Origin: a virus
Taxonomy: Duplodnaviria; Heunggongvirae; Uroviricota; Caudoviricetes
Length of the DNA stretch: 64,000 nucleotides
Strand: one strand, 5' to 3'
Virus record (IMG/VR): IMGVR_UViG_3300035698_015309
Below the pieces are notes generated by a model that saw only the letters and a program-made list of their open reading frames with translations, was not told where the DNA came from and ran no database searches. How positions within the stretch are numbered: position 1 is the first letter of the stretch; the number at the start of each line of letters is the position of its first letter. Of this stretch, positions 38,192 to 47,710 are shown piece by piece. The translations under genes were made by a program, and so were the position numbers.

Positions 38192-38572
38192 TTAGTTGGT
38201 GGGGGCTGTTGACCACAGGGTGAAGCCGCCTTGTCTCCAGTGCTCTACTCCGTCCTCATCAAACCAGTAGTCGATCACACCGGAGTCGTTCAGGACGTGC
38301 CAATGGAAGACTGCGGCTGTGGTATTCCAGCCGACCATTGTGTAGGTTTTGCGGATGCGGAGGTCGACCCAGGCTGAAACCTCCTTTCGGCTGGCCACCA
38401 GTTCGTACTTGACGCTCCAGCCGTCGTGCCAGTTGTCAGCGTAACCGAAAGCGAAGCCCATGTAGTAGGGTGACGAGAGTGGCATGTACGCTCTCTGTGC
38501 CGGGCGGTTCACATGGAAGAACCAGCCCATGATGAGCGTGACGAGAAGGACTTGGGTCAGGAAACGTTGCAT
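38192..38572 (-). CDS. hypothetical protein (signal/TM segment)
   Basis: Hydrophobic N-terminus. Confidence 0.55.
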   Translation of the reverse strand: MQRFLTQVLLVTLIMGWFFHVNRPAQRAYMPLSSPYYMGFAFGYADNWHDGWSVKYELVASRKEVSAWVDLRIRKTYTMVGWNTTAAVFHWHVLNDSGVIDYWFDEDGVEHWRQGGFTLWSTAPTN

Positions 38573-38639
38573 TTGGCGAACCTACCTTTTGGGCAACCAC
38601 TTTCGTTGGTGCCCTTGTTGCACAAACGCTACTCCGAAT

Positions 38640-38891
38640 CTAGAGGTGATGATCTTCGAGGGGTCTCCAGAAGGTTTCACGGACGAAGTCCGCAAAATGT
38701 CGGAATTCCCCTGTGGGGCGTCCGGTGGCTTTGTCTACCATGAGATCGAGGGGTGCTCCTTGGAGCAGGAGGTTTGTCCCGTGGAGCCGGTCGTACTCTG
38801 TCAGCAGTCCCCGGTCTTGAGCGCACCTGTGGAGGACCTTCATGAAGCTGAAAGCATCCTGGGCAGTTTTAAACGGCATCGGTTCGGGCAT
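38640..38891 (-). CDS. hypothetical protein
   Basis: MPEPMPF start within a longer ORF. Confidence 0.45.
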   Translation of the reverse strand: MPEPMPFKTAQDAFSFMKVLHRCAQDRGLLTEYDRLHGTNLLLQGAPLDLMVDKATGRPTGEFRHFADFVRETFWRPLEDHHL

Positions 38892-38911
38892 GACGGACCT
38901 TCCTTGTGGGT

Positions 38912-39130
38912 CTATTCCTCTTCGCCGTCCCAGGTGATGTAGACCGACTCGGGGTCGGCCACCTGAACAGTCCCTTGCTTGCCGCAGGCGGAACACTTGG
39001 CGAGATCCTGATCTCCAAACATTCCTTCAGGCATGTCGGTCAGGACAGTCACGGCTTTGGCTCCACAGGTGTGGCAGGGATAACAGAAGGGTTTCCAGTG
39101 TTGGATCTTTTTGGCGCAGTTCTGTGTCAT
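38912..39130 (-). CDS. small Zn-ribbon protein
   Basis: CHTC...CSAC. Confidence 0.55.
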   Translation of the reverse strand: MTQNCAKKIQHWKPFCYPCHTCGAKAVTVLTDMPEGMFGDQDLAKCSACGKQGTVQVADPESVYITWDGEEE

Positions 39131-39194
39131 GGTTTGGGTCCTCCGTTGGATGTGTCTACTCCAACGGGGTGAGTTTAGAAGTGAGGGTACCCCA

Positions 39195-39589
39195 CTAAAC
39201 CGACCAGACCACGGGCTTGATACGTAACCTAAGGTGCTTGGCTGTTTCCTTCACTGCGTCGTTAACGGCTTCAGAGTTCACATCAGGGGCACCCCTGTAA
39301 CTGACTATGCCATAGATGATGAGACTCTTTCCATTTGGCTTAATCTCGGCGCTCCCCTCTGTCTTGATGGTGCCCCTTGTAACAGGGTCAACACTGGAAC
39401 CCAGCCTTCTAGCGAACTGTTCCATCAAGTGGTTGAGTTCATCACCCAGTTTGCCGACCAGAGCGGTAGTGTTCGAGTAAGAGGGGAGCAGACTTTGGAA
39501 ATGGATGACCCCTCGTTTGTACTCCCATTGGCACTGAACATTGCCTGATGCCTGGTCCTTCCGCACTCGGCTGCTGACAATAGCTTCAT
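39195..39589 (-). pseudogene. MKLLSA-tagged gene with a one-base frameshift
   Basis: ATG 39589 gives MKLLSAAE; the body continues VRKDQAS... in the -1 frame from GTG 39566. Confidence 0.55.
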
Positions 39590-39753
39590 CGTACTACCTC
39601 TACTTTGAGGATACTGTTCTGCCAGGCTAGATCCCTGGTGTGTGAGTCTTTTTCGGTTGCTCATGCTGATCCCCCTTGAGTCTCAGGGGATGTTTCTGAT
39701 AGAGAGATTACCGCCCGCCTGACGGGTAGAGTATATCAAAACGGAGGTGTCCG

Positions 39754-40050
39754 ATGTTTAATTTAGTTCCTTTCGCACGACGTATCCTCATAGGGGCTTT
39801 CAGGAAGGACGGTTTTCAGCCGGGGGGTTTCTTCCACGGATACATAGCCAACATCGCATGTGCCATCTATGACAGCACCGAAGTCTTCGGGGTCAAGAAG
39901 GTGGAGATGGTGGACTGCAACGTCGTCGCTGCGACCATCATGCTTCGGCTGTTCCCGGAACTGGCCGATGCCTTGAAGGAAGAACGGCGGCAACTCTCTG
40001 TTGAAGTCACCCAACCGATGGGTTCTGGTGAGACAGTCATTTTGCCCTAG
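39754..40050 (+). CDS. hypothetical protein
   Basis: GGAGG RBS; GYIANIACAIYD. Confidence 0.6.
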   Translation: MFNLVPFARRILIGAFRKDGFQPGGFFHGYIANIACAIYDSTEVFGVKKVEMVDCNVVAATIMLRLFPELADALKEERRQLSVEVTQPMGSGETVILP

Positions 40051-40112
40051 CTTTATTTCTACGACCAGATAAACTTTCAACCAGGTAGACAACTGTGTGG
40101 AGGCTCTAGGGG

Positions 40113-40577
40113 ATGCGTTATCTGATCGACTTCCAGCTTAACGGAACGCCCTTTTGTGCTGTTCCGAAAGGAACGACTGTTTTCCTTTGGGACTGGGGTT
40201 CCGTCAGTCCACACCCGTATGATAGGAGGGGGATCCGTCTCCCAAGACGAATGCTGGAGGTCCGAACAACAAATCCCCGGCAAGCTGCTAGGTATTTCAA
40301 GGGACAGATCCAGCGTGGTGTGGAAAATGTAACATACGTTTCGACTCACAACGGGACGAAACCCAAGATCAATCAGATCATTGTGGTCGTCATGACGCTC
40401 CCTCAGCTTGTGAAGCCGAATGTCTGGGGTCTTGACGTCGGGGCCTTTGCTCGTTCGGTCAAGGAGCCTATTGGGGAGACCGAGTTCAAGCTGGGTTCGA
40501 TAGAACGGATCCCCACGGAATGGAAAGGTGCTGTGGGGAAGCGGATGTCTAGGGCATTGTTTAATCGGAGCCGTTGA
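40113..40577 (+). CDS. hypothetical protein
   Basis: ORF. Confidence 0.5.
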   Translation: MRYLIDFQLNGTPFCAVPKGTTVFLWDWGSVSPHPYDRRGIRLPRRMLEVRTTNPRQAARYFKGQIQRGVENVTYVSTHNGTKPKINQIIVVVMTLPQLVKPNVWGLDVGAFARSVKEPIGETEFKLGSIERIPTEWKGAVGKRMSRALFNRSR

Positions 40578-40617
40578 GTCCTCGTTGGAGTAGACCTCCG
40601 TGTGGAGGGGGATTGTG

Positions 40618-41076
40618 ATGCATTTTGACGTGTCTTTTTTGGGGGCTCCCATCGTAAACGTGGATCAGGGGACTCCCAGCCTGTTGTGGGATGGTGTGAG
40701 GGTGGAGACGATAACCCGGAAGCGGATCACTGCTCCTCGTGTCCCTGTCGGCACCGAGTGGGACTCTTGGCCTGAGAAGGCGTACCGGGTCAAGCAGGAG
40801 TTGGAACGGGCTGTCGTGGCCCTTGACGCTGCTTCTCGGGCCGAGGACGTGGATGTCAACCAGACGGTCTTCTGCATCTGGGATACAACCCCGATCACGG
40901 TGGCGGTGCTCTCGTACCTGACGTCGGAACCCAAGGGTGTGGAGACGCTGGAAATCCCTGAGATCGAACCGAACAGTTTCGCTGAATTGATGACGGGACT
41001 GTTTCCAAAGGTACGGCCCCCGTCGATGGGCTGTGCCCTATCAGGATGCTTCCCCTATCCTTTGTGTGGCGAGTAG
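40618..41076 (+). CDS. hypothetical protein
   Basis: ORF with RBS. Confidence 0.5.
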   Translation: MHFDVSFLGAPIVNVDQGTPSLLWDGVRVETITRKRITAPRVPVGTEWDSWPEKAYRVKQELERAVVALDAASRAEDVDVNQTVFCIWDTTPITVAVLSYLTSEPKGVETLEIPEIEPNSFAELMTGLFPKVRPPSMGCALSGCFPYPLCGE

Positions 41077-41085
41077 GAGGAGATC

Positions 41086-41268
41086 ATGGCGTGGTCATTG
41101 AAGAGCTTACAGAGCTGGAATAAAGTCCAGGCTGAGATCAACGGCAAATGGGTTCCTGCAAGACCTTTGCGCCTTAGCGGGTGGGAGGGTTTTCGGATCC
41201 GGTTCAAGGATGCAATGCTCGTACTCCGGGACAAGGCTGAGGCTTTCACCTGGCCGGAAGGTCAGTGA
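41086..41268 (+). CDS. small phage protein
   Basis: AGGAGG RBS; INGKWVPARP...RFKDAMLVL..KAEAF.W. Confidence 0.65.
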   Translation: MAWSLKSLQSWNKVQAEINGKWVPARPLRLSGWEGFRIRFKDAMLVLRDKAEAFTWPEGQ

Positions 41269-41377
41269 AAGCCTCGTTTGAACTGTTCCAGGAGCATTCT
41301 TATCACTGACAATGCGGCAGACCGGCGGATTCGTAGCGCACATCGGGGGCGCTGTCCGACGATAAGGAACGAGGAGA

Positions 41378-41707
41378 ATGAGGATGAACAGAGATGATGT
41401 GGCGAAGGTAATCCACAACAACTGGGCTGACTGGATGGGGTTTATGTTCGCCAATTGCGGGACGTTCAATGCCGATGGCTCGTGGACAATGCCAACAGAA
41501 CAAGTTTGGAGGCTGGCTGGGCAAGCAGCAGCGAAGTTCGAAACGCCGCCGATGCCGAAGGAACAGACAGATCTTTTTCGTGCAAGCGGTAACGGCACCA
41601 AGGGCGGTCTGACTACTCAAGAACGGAAGTCGGCGTTGGCCGCTGCCGACGCCTTTATAGCGACTCTCCAGCAACTTACCGACACCGATGTCGAGGCACG
41701 GAAATGA
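41378..41707 (+). CDS. hypothetical protein
   Basis: HNNWADWMGFMF motif. Confidence 0.55.
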   Translation: MRMNRDDVAKVIHNNWADWMGFMFANCGTFNADGSWTMPTEQVWRLAGQAAAKFETPPMPKEQTDLFRASGNGTKGGLTTQERKSALAAADAFIATLQQLTDTDVEARK

Positions 41708-41970
41708 CTGACCTACTAAGCGACTTCTTCCCTGAACTCATACTGGGACAATACGACGACTCCCTGGCTTTCAAATACAGTGACGAGCCTGTCTTATGGG
41801 ACAACTGGCGAGATGCCAAAGTCATCAGCCAAACCAAATGGCCGGGCCGCCACAAGTACGTGTCGTCCTGGTGCGTCCTCGTCAACGGCATCGCCGTGGG
41901 CTGGAACGAGTCTCCTTCTGGTTGGTCGTTCCCAGTCAGAAAATTCGACGTGACCAATGACCTCTGGTGA
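41704..41970 (+). CDS. hypothetical protein
   Basis: ATGA-coupled; AVGWNESPSGWSFP. Confidence 0.55.
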   Translation: MTDLLSDFFPELILGQYDDSLAFKYSDEPVLWDNWRDAKVISQTKWPGRHKYVSSWCVLVNGIAVGWNESPSGWSFPVRKFDVTNDLW

Positions 41971-42051
41971 ACAGCGCTGACCCAGAGAACTGAGATGGAC
42001 CGGCTGTACACGATGGCGGAGGTCATCGTGTACAGCCGGGGAGGGGACAGG

Positions 42052-42504
42052 ATGAGGGTCTATGTAGCGAGTTCCTGGCGAAACAAGTACCAACAAGAAG
42101 TCGTGCGGCAACTCAGGGCGGAAGGTTTCGACGTCTACGACTTCCGACATCCAGCCCCTGGGGATGAGGGGTTCCACTGGTCGGAGATCGATCCAGACTG
42201 GCAGGAATGGGATCCGGCAACTTACGTTGGGGCACTGGCCCACCCGATAGCGGAGCAGGGCTTCCGGTGCGACTTCGCCGCCATGAAGGACTGCGATGTC
42301 TGCTTGTTTGTGCTCCCTGCTGGGCGGTCCGCCAGTTGGGAGGCAGGGTGGTTCTGCGGGCAGGGGAAGCCGACTGCCGTCCTCGTGCCCGAGCATGTAG
42401 AGCCTGAGTTGATGTTCAAGCTGGCCGACTTGATCTGCGTAGATCTGGGAGAGGCGGTCGCATTCTTTAAAACGACAGACCTGGGAATGGGGGGATCACG
42501 GTGA
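42052..42504 (+). CDS. nucleoside 2-deoxyribosyltransferase-like protein
   Basis: VYVASSWRN...D.AAMKDCD...LPAGRSASWEAGW..GQGKP. Confidence 0.75.
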   Translation: MRVYVASSWRNKYQQEVVRQLRAEGFDVYDFRHPAPGDEGFHWSEIDPDWQEWDPATYVGALAHPIAEQGFRCDFAAMKDCDVCLFVLPAGRSASWEAGWFCGQGKPTAVLVPEHVEPELMFKLADLICVDLGEAVAFFKTTDLGMGGSR

Positions 42505-42534
42505 TGAGTGATGTGATGCGACGGTTGCAGATGG

Positions 42535-42849
42535 GTGGCTCGGGAGAGGGCAAACAGGAAACTTATGCCGATGGGTGGCCTAAGTACTCCCCCAGCGGGG
42601 AACAGGGTCTACTTCTTCAAGGACGTGAGCCACGAGTCAGTTGCTGACCTGTGTCGCCAGGTTGAGGAGGCGGCACAGTCCCTTCGCACAACGTTCAGCG
42701 CCTACCCCGAGGTGGACCCTCCCCCCGTCCACCTCTATCTCGACTCCTACGGAGGTGGCTTGCTGGCGGGGTTGTCGGCCTACCACTACATCAGGCAACT
42801 AGGGTACCCCGTTCACGCTCACGTTTTACGCCTCTCGGATGATCGTTAG
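42535..42849 (+). pseudogene. clpP: ClpP-like protease, truncated before the catalytic Ser
   Basis: RVYFFKDV, VHLYLDSYGG..LAGL.AY, PVHAHV, then the sequence switches to IS sequence at about 42822. Confidence 0.7.
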
Positions 42850-42991
42850 CTTTAATGTGTTCGTCCCCAGAACGTCTGAGCACACCAGAGCTTCCTACCC
42901 AATCAGCATGAGCCTTCCTACCGTAACAGCTTCCTGTTTCAAGCAGGAATAGTTAGACTTTAGTAAGTAAATCGGGTGCTGTCAAGTACCC
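42822..42991 (-). mobile_element. partial IS607 mini-element (left end + 5' part of the omega-RNA region; right end deleted)
   Basis: GGGTACTTGACAGCACCCG left end; same internal junction as 19289..19640. Confidence 0.85.
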
Positions 42992-43429
42992 TTGCGGTGT
43001 CCTCTGAAAAATAATCTCGCTGGCTTTGAGCCACCTGATCATGGGGTCATCGGGTTGCTGATCGGGGCACCCAGGACGGCGATGACGAGATCCCTGTCGT
43101 TGGTTATGTCGTCCGTGCTGAACAGGACACCGTTGGAGATGGTTTCGGTGTGGTAGGGCTTGGTGGATACGATACGCACCTCCCAGAGGTTAGGGTTCAC
43201 ACGCACGAGCTTCTTGGTCATTACAGTCATGGGACTCTCCTACTTGATCATCCTGTCATCAGTAACCGGACCAGTTCTAGTGGTCCGCAGTTCAGGCATT
43301 CCTTCACCAGCTTGCGTCGAGGCTTGTAGTACAAGACGGACAGGCACCCGCAGCCAGGACACCGTTCCTTGGAAACGACACCCTGGTGGCCATCCACTGT
43401 GCGATGAAGGGATCCTGTGGGGTGGTTTT

Positions 43430-43840
43430 TCATTTTTTCTCACCCACCGGAATGTCTCCGGTTACAACAAGAACCCAGTGGGACACGAATCCTGAGTCTG
43501 TCCTGAAACTGATTGCTACTCGGTCAGAGTGAAAGGTCACCTCGGGGGTCTCGTAGGGTTCGTCGTCCTCTCTGTGGGCCGGGCCTGTTCCCAGAGTCCA
43601 ACCCTTAGTGTTGTTTTCCGCTACCTTGATGAAACCGTAGCAGCCTACCCGAAGGGTCTGAACAGGCATACCCTTCGGGTAACTGCGGCTGGGGTCCAAC
43701 CGTAAACCTATACGGACGACAGGGAGACGGCCCTCTTGAGAGGCCACGAAGACGTATTCTTTGTCCTCCAGGAGGCCCCGCAGGCGTTCCCCCACCTCTT
43801 CCAGGTTCTCTACGGTCAGACGTTGCTTCCAAACAGACAT
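43430..43840 (-). CDS. hypothetical protein, paralog of 21052..21444
   Basis: See 21052 entry. Confidence 0.7.
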   Translation of the reverse strand: MSVWKQRLTVENLEEVGERLRGLLEDKEYVFVASQEGRLPVVRIGLRLDPSRSYPKGMPVQTLRVGCYGFIKVAENNTKGWTLGTGPAHREDDEPYETPEVTFHSDRVAISFRTDSGFVSHWVLVVTGDIPVGEKK

Positions 43841-43851
43841 TGTCCCTCTCC

Positions 43852-44112
43852 TCAGCAACGGATACTTTCGGCCTGACAGGACAGGCCCAGGGCCATCAGC
43901 GCTCGCTCGTCTTCGCCTTCGTAAGGATTGCAGAACACGATCCGGACGTCCTCGATGAAATCGTCGCAGGTGGCATCCAGCCATCCCCGCCAGATCTCGA
44001 AGTGGGTCAGGCCGTCTTCCCGAGCGTAATGCTTGGCGTCGCTCAGTGTGTCCAACACACAGTGTTCCTCATCGGTTTTCGTGTTCCAAACTTGGTAGGC
44101 TTCGTGCATCAT
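43852..44112 (-). CDS. hypothetical protein
   Basis: AAGGAG RBS; follows class-A promoter. Confidence 0.6.
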   Translation of the reverse strand: MMHEAYQVWNTKTDEEHCVLDTLSDAKHYAREDGLTHFEIWRGWLDATCDDFIEDVRIVFCNPYEGEDERALMALGLSCQAESIRC

Positions 44113-44153
44113 CGTGGGGTCTCCTTGTGGGGGTCATTTCCCCCTCACTGAGA

Positions 44154-44179
44154 CTACTCTGTGGGGTCGGCAGATGATC
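44154..44179 (-). promoter_or_regulatory. class-A phage promoter
   Basis: GATCATCT-N12-GAGTAG on minus strand. Confidence 0.8.
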
Positions 44180-44443
44180 CCTTTTTCTGGGGCCTCACCG
44201 TGCCCACCGTACAGCGGCACTGGGTTTCGCCCCTACAAGCCACACCACCGTCAAAGCCTTCGGCAACACACTGTTGTTTACAGAGGGCGTCGTGATGGGA
44301 GACGTAAATGAAGCAGCCAATGAAGAACATGAAGGCCAGAAAGAGAAGCATCCAGCCGAGTCCTTTCCAGATTTTCATCATTCCTCCTCTACTGGGAGTC
44401 GTGTCCTGTATTGCACCTTTTCTGAGAGGGGTTCGTAGATGTC

Positions 44444-44728
44444 TCACTTTTTCTCCTCTACAGGGAACCGTGTCCAACCTCGTGCCTTTGCGGCTTCGAA
44501 CTGTTCCTCTGAGATGGGTTCGTAGGCATGGGGGACGGAGATCATCTCCTGTTTCCCTTCAGCCCACTCTTTGGAATAGGTCCAAACAAGCCCTTGGCCA
44601 ACTTGGGCCATCCTCTCCTCATCCACGGCGTCGGGGGACTCGATCACGACCCCGAAGACGGTGATGTCCCAGTTGGGGATGGTGCGCTGGTAGTAGTCCA
44701 GGACTTTCCGTCCCTTGTGTCTACTCAT
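44444..44728 (-). CDS. hypothetical protein
   Basis: MSRHKGR start within a longer ORF. Confidence 0.45.
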   Translation of the reverse strand: MSRHKGRKVLDYYQRTIPNWDITVFGVVIESPDAVDEERMAQVGQGLVWTYSKEWAEGKQEMISVPHAYEPISEEQFEAAKARGWTRFPVEEKK

Positions 44729-44933
44729 CGCCTCACCCGCAGGACCATGGTCTGGTAGTAGTAGCGGTGGTCGGCAGTCACCCTCATGCGGGGTTCCCCA
44801 TAGGGTTGCATCCCTTCTGGATGTGCTCCCTGATGGCCTCGTCCAGCGCCACCGTGTCATCCATGGTGTGGATGGTCTTGTAGTCAACGACTGGCCTTTC
44901 CATAGTCGAACTCCTCGTTGAAGGACACCCCAT

Positions 44934-44959
44934 CTACTCCAGGGTCGACTGTGAGGATC
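44934..44959 (-). promoter_or_regulatory. class-A promoter variant
   Basis: GATCCTCA-N12-GAGTAG. Confidence 0.55.
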
Positions 44960-44963
44960 ATTT

Positions 44964-45671
44964 TCAGGTCTCTACAATCAGGTCCGGATTGAAGTTCCTG
45001 GTTTCCCTTCGGCTTTCGTACCCGTAGGGGTTCGCCAGAACCCGTGTCTCCCCCAGCATCACATCCACGGGTGTGTGCATGTGTCCGTGTACCCAGAGCT
45101 TGGGCTGCACCCGTTCAATCAGGCGTTCCATATCACAGACGTAGAAGATGTTGGCAGCGCTGATTTTGTACTGTGGGTGAATGCTCTTCGGGGTCGGTGC
45201 ATGATGGGTTACCACAATGTCGTCTGATTGCACCGTTTTATTCAGGAACTTCTGGGCCTTGGTGTTCTCCTCCCCGAACCGGGTCCACATATCTGCGATG
45301 TGTTTGAAATCCGTAAAACCGTGGGCGAACCCCAACGCCCGAGGCGTTTCTGGGAACCACAGGGTTGTCCCCACGTACCGTTGACCTTCGATGGTTACGG
45401 TGCCGTTGTTCAGCCAGTGGAAGTTGGAGAACTTGGCGCTGAGTTGGGACAGCACCTCGTGGGTGGCATCAAACGAGGACTCGTAGTACTCGTGGTTGCC
45501 CGCAACGTAGACGATGTGGGGGAACAGATCACACAGGAGTGGGATGGTGAGCACGAGAGCGTCCAGTTGACCGACGTCTCCCGCAAGGACAAGGACATCA
45601 GCACCGGCCAGGGTGGGAAGTCTCCTGTTGATGTCAGTGTGGAAATCTGAAGCTATTAGAAGTCGCTGCAT
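44964..45671 (-). CDS. calcineurin-like metallophosphoesterase
   Basis: SDFH, AGDV, GNHEYY, THH, HGHMH. Confidence 0.9.
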   Translation of the reverse strand: MQRLLIASDFHTDINRRLPTLAGADVLVLAGDVGQLDALVLTIPLLCDLFPHIVYVAGNHEYYESSFDATHEVLSQLSAKFSNFHWLNNGTVTIEGQRYVGTTLWFPETPRALGFAHGFTDFKHIADMWTRFGEENTKAQKFLNKTVQSDDIVVTHHAPTPKSIHPQYKISAANIFYVCDMERLIERVQPKLWVHGHMHTPVDVMLGETRVLANPYGYESRRETRNFNPDLIVET

Positions 45672-45691
45672 GATCTGCTCCCGTACTCAGT

Positions 45692-45717
45692 CTACTCTCG
45701 ACGCCACCCCGATGATC
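45692..45717 (-). promoter_or_regulatory. class-A promoter variant
   Basis: GATCATCG-N12-GAGTAG upstream of 45671. Confidence 0.7.
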
Positions 45718-45802
45718 TCCTTATCCTGTCCAAGAGTGCCGTTTACTTGCCCGTTAGAGTAGTATCAGTCGTTGGCTTGTGAATGTAAACGGAGAAAATA
45801 GG

Positions 45803-46180
45803 ATGGAAAAGAAAATCGTTCAGGACGCAGTAGACGACGGACGGGTCATTCGTGCCGGGGGCTTCTCTTCCGTGGAGGGGAACAGTCCCAACCGGGTCTG
45901 TCGGGACTTCGACGTGGCCATTCCTAACATTTACGGGACGGGTCTTGTTCAGGTGGAGCGTGCCCTGACGGAGACTGTGGACGCAAAGACGTTCGTCGGA
46001 CGAGCGCTGTCCATCAAAACCCCTCAGATTCTTCGTGTGCATTTGGATTCGTGGGAGGAACCACAACGGAGGGAACAGGGGGCGGAGAAGATCCACTACG
46101 AACATCTGTCCCATCCTGAGATGGTAGACCTGATGTACCGTTCTCCTAAACTGACTCAATCAAGGACAAACCTTGACTGA
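45803..46180 (+). CDS. hypothetical protein truncated by mini-element
   Basis: Last codons come from the IS right end. Confidence 0.5.
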   Translation: MEKKIVQDAVDDGRVIRAGGFSSVEGNSPNRVCRDFDVAIPNIYGTGLVQVERALTETVDAKTFVGRALSIKTPQILRVHLDSWEEPQRREQGAEKIHYEHLSHPEMVDLMYRSPKLTQSRTNLD

Positions 46181-46285
46181 CGTTAGGTTCCTGCTTCACT
46201 GAGGATAGTTTCACTTGGTCAAAAGGCACCAAGCCAGAGCTTTCCTCTCCACAGGCTGTAACCGAGGAACTCCCGGTCATTCACA
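46138..46285 (-). mobile_element. right-end/omega-RNA-only remnant of the 8790 element family
   Basis: About 145 nt homologous to 8790-8935 (CCGTTCTCCTAAACTGAC...GGTTCCTGCTTCA..GAGGATAGTTTCACTTGG...CTTTCCTCTCCACAGGCTGTAACCG). Confidence 0.85.
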
Positions 46286-46573
46286 ATCGTTAAGACTGCT
46301 AAGTTCTTCAACGATTTGAGTTTTACAGTGAGGTCTCTCCTCACCAACCACCAAACCCAAAGTCCCAAAGAACATTTTGAAGAGCTTGGCTATCGCCCTT
46401 ACGCTGAGTACAGTAAGAAGAGGGAGGATCAAGTCAAGGATTTTTGACCCCTCCCCGACGCAAAGAGTCCCTATTAAAGGCTGTTTTGAGCTACTGCTGG
46501 CAACCCTCCGAGCGGGCGCAGCCTCCTCTTCCACACCGTCCACACGGCATTCTCGGAACACTGGCCCATCGCC

Positions 46574-47413
46574 TTGTCTCCCGACGTCCTGATGTATCTT
46601 GTCCTTCATGAGGTGGCGATCACGGTCAAGCAAAATCCAGAGGACTACCGGGCGCTGTTCACGGCGTCGGATGAGAAGCAGCTTGTCCATGTTCGGCATG
46701 ACCACCTGATCCTTGGATCTCCTTCCCCGTGGCACGAGATGATGGGTCTGTTCTACACAGCCCTGGCGGAACGGTGCCCGCAGGAAACAATGGATCAGAT
46801 GTTCCCGACCTTCTCGACCCACACCGTGGCGTCGCAAGCGGGAACACTGGTGGCCTTCATGGATGCTGCCTCTCCCTTCTTCTCCTACCGCTGCACCACG
46901 AGGTGTGGCCTGCCCTCCATCAGACTCCTGGGTTGCCCAGAGGACTACCGAAAGCTGCTGCTGGCGAGCACAGAACTGGCCAAGATGTTCGACCCTCACC
47001 TGAAGGATTATTTCGACCATCTCCTTCCTGTCCTGGCCACGATTGCAGCCCAGGCTGCGGGGGCACCCTACGACGAGGGCTTCTGGTCCTCCCTGTACAA
47101 GCACTTCTCTGGTTCGGGGACAGACGACATGACGGGCTGGATCTCAGCCTTCCTGAACTATGGTGACAAACAGGAGGGCCTTGTCCCGAAGGAGGGCAAG
47201 TTCTACGACTGGAAGGCCACGATGGATCAGAGCGGTTGGAAGTCAGCTTTTCCCCGTGACGAGATCCCGGCACATGTCAGCCGGACGCCCTTCGTGTGGG
47301 ACTATTATGGCAAAGAAATGAAGATGGAACTCATCGGAGGTGTCCTGTCAGTCCAGAACATTGACGGTTTCCTGACACCCCAGCTTGGTTTCGGTATTAT
47401 CCACGCTGATTAG
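46574..47413 (+). CDS. DUF4419-like protein (N-terminus probably frameshifted)
   Basis: H.PIALSPD, FSTHT, CGLPSIRLLG.PEDY, FWSSLYK, SG...MTGWI. Confidence 0.7.
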   Translation: MSPDVLMYLVLHEVAITVKQNPEDYRALFTASDEKQLVHVRHDHLILGSPSPWHEMMGLFYTALAERCPQETMDQMFPTFSTHTVASQAGTLVAFMDAASPFFSYRCTTRCGLPSIRLLGCPEDYRKLLLASTELAKMFDPHLKDYFDHLLPVLATIAAQAAGAPYDEGFWSSLYKHFSGSGTDDMTGWISAFLNYGDKQEGLVPKEGKFYDWKATMDQSGWKSAFPRDEIPAHVSRTPFVWDYYGKEMKMELIGGVLSVQNIDGFLTPQLGFGIIHAD

Positions 47414-47476
47414 CGTGGTACAGTCATTCCAGGTCGCCCAAGGTGAGCGGCTACACACACGCACTGGGAGGAAATT

Positions 47477-47710
47477 ATGGGACAGGACAGTGGTTACAGG
47501 ATGCGTTTGGAGTTGGTGAACATCGCCAAGGACATGCTTTATCAGCCTTGGGACGTGCGGATGTCAGCGGAGATGTCAAATGCCAACCGGAAGGGGGACA
47601 AGGCACGGGATGTTCGGTTCATTGATCCCCCGTCTCCCGAAGACGTGATCACACTGGCGGGGAAACTGAACGACTTCGTCAGCACCAAGAACTCTGGGAA
47701 CGAGAGCTAA
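47477..47710 (+). CDS. small conserved phage protein
   Basis: YRMRLELVNIAKDML...PSPEDVITLAGKLNDFVS. Confidence 0.65.
   Translation: MGQDSGYRMRLELVNIAKDMLYQPWDVRMSAEMSNANRKGDKARDVRFIDPPSPEDVITLAGKLNDFVSTKNSGNES

Noticed and set aside
6420-46138. Omega-RNA guides targeting other sites in this window
   Set aside because: By eye, no predicted guide has a long match with a GG-ending TAM elsewhere; the best was 10 nt at about 23783 without GG. A computational search would be decisive
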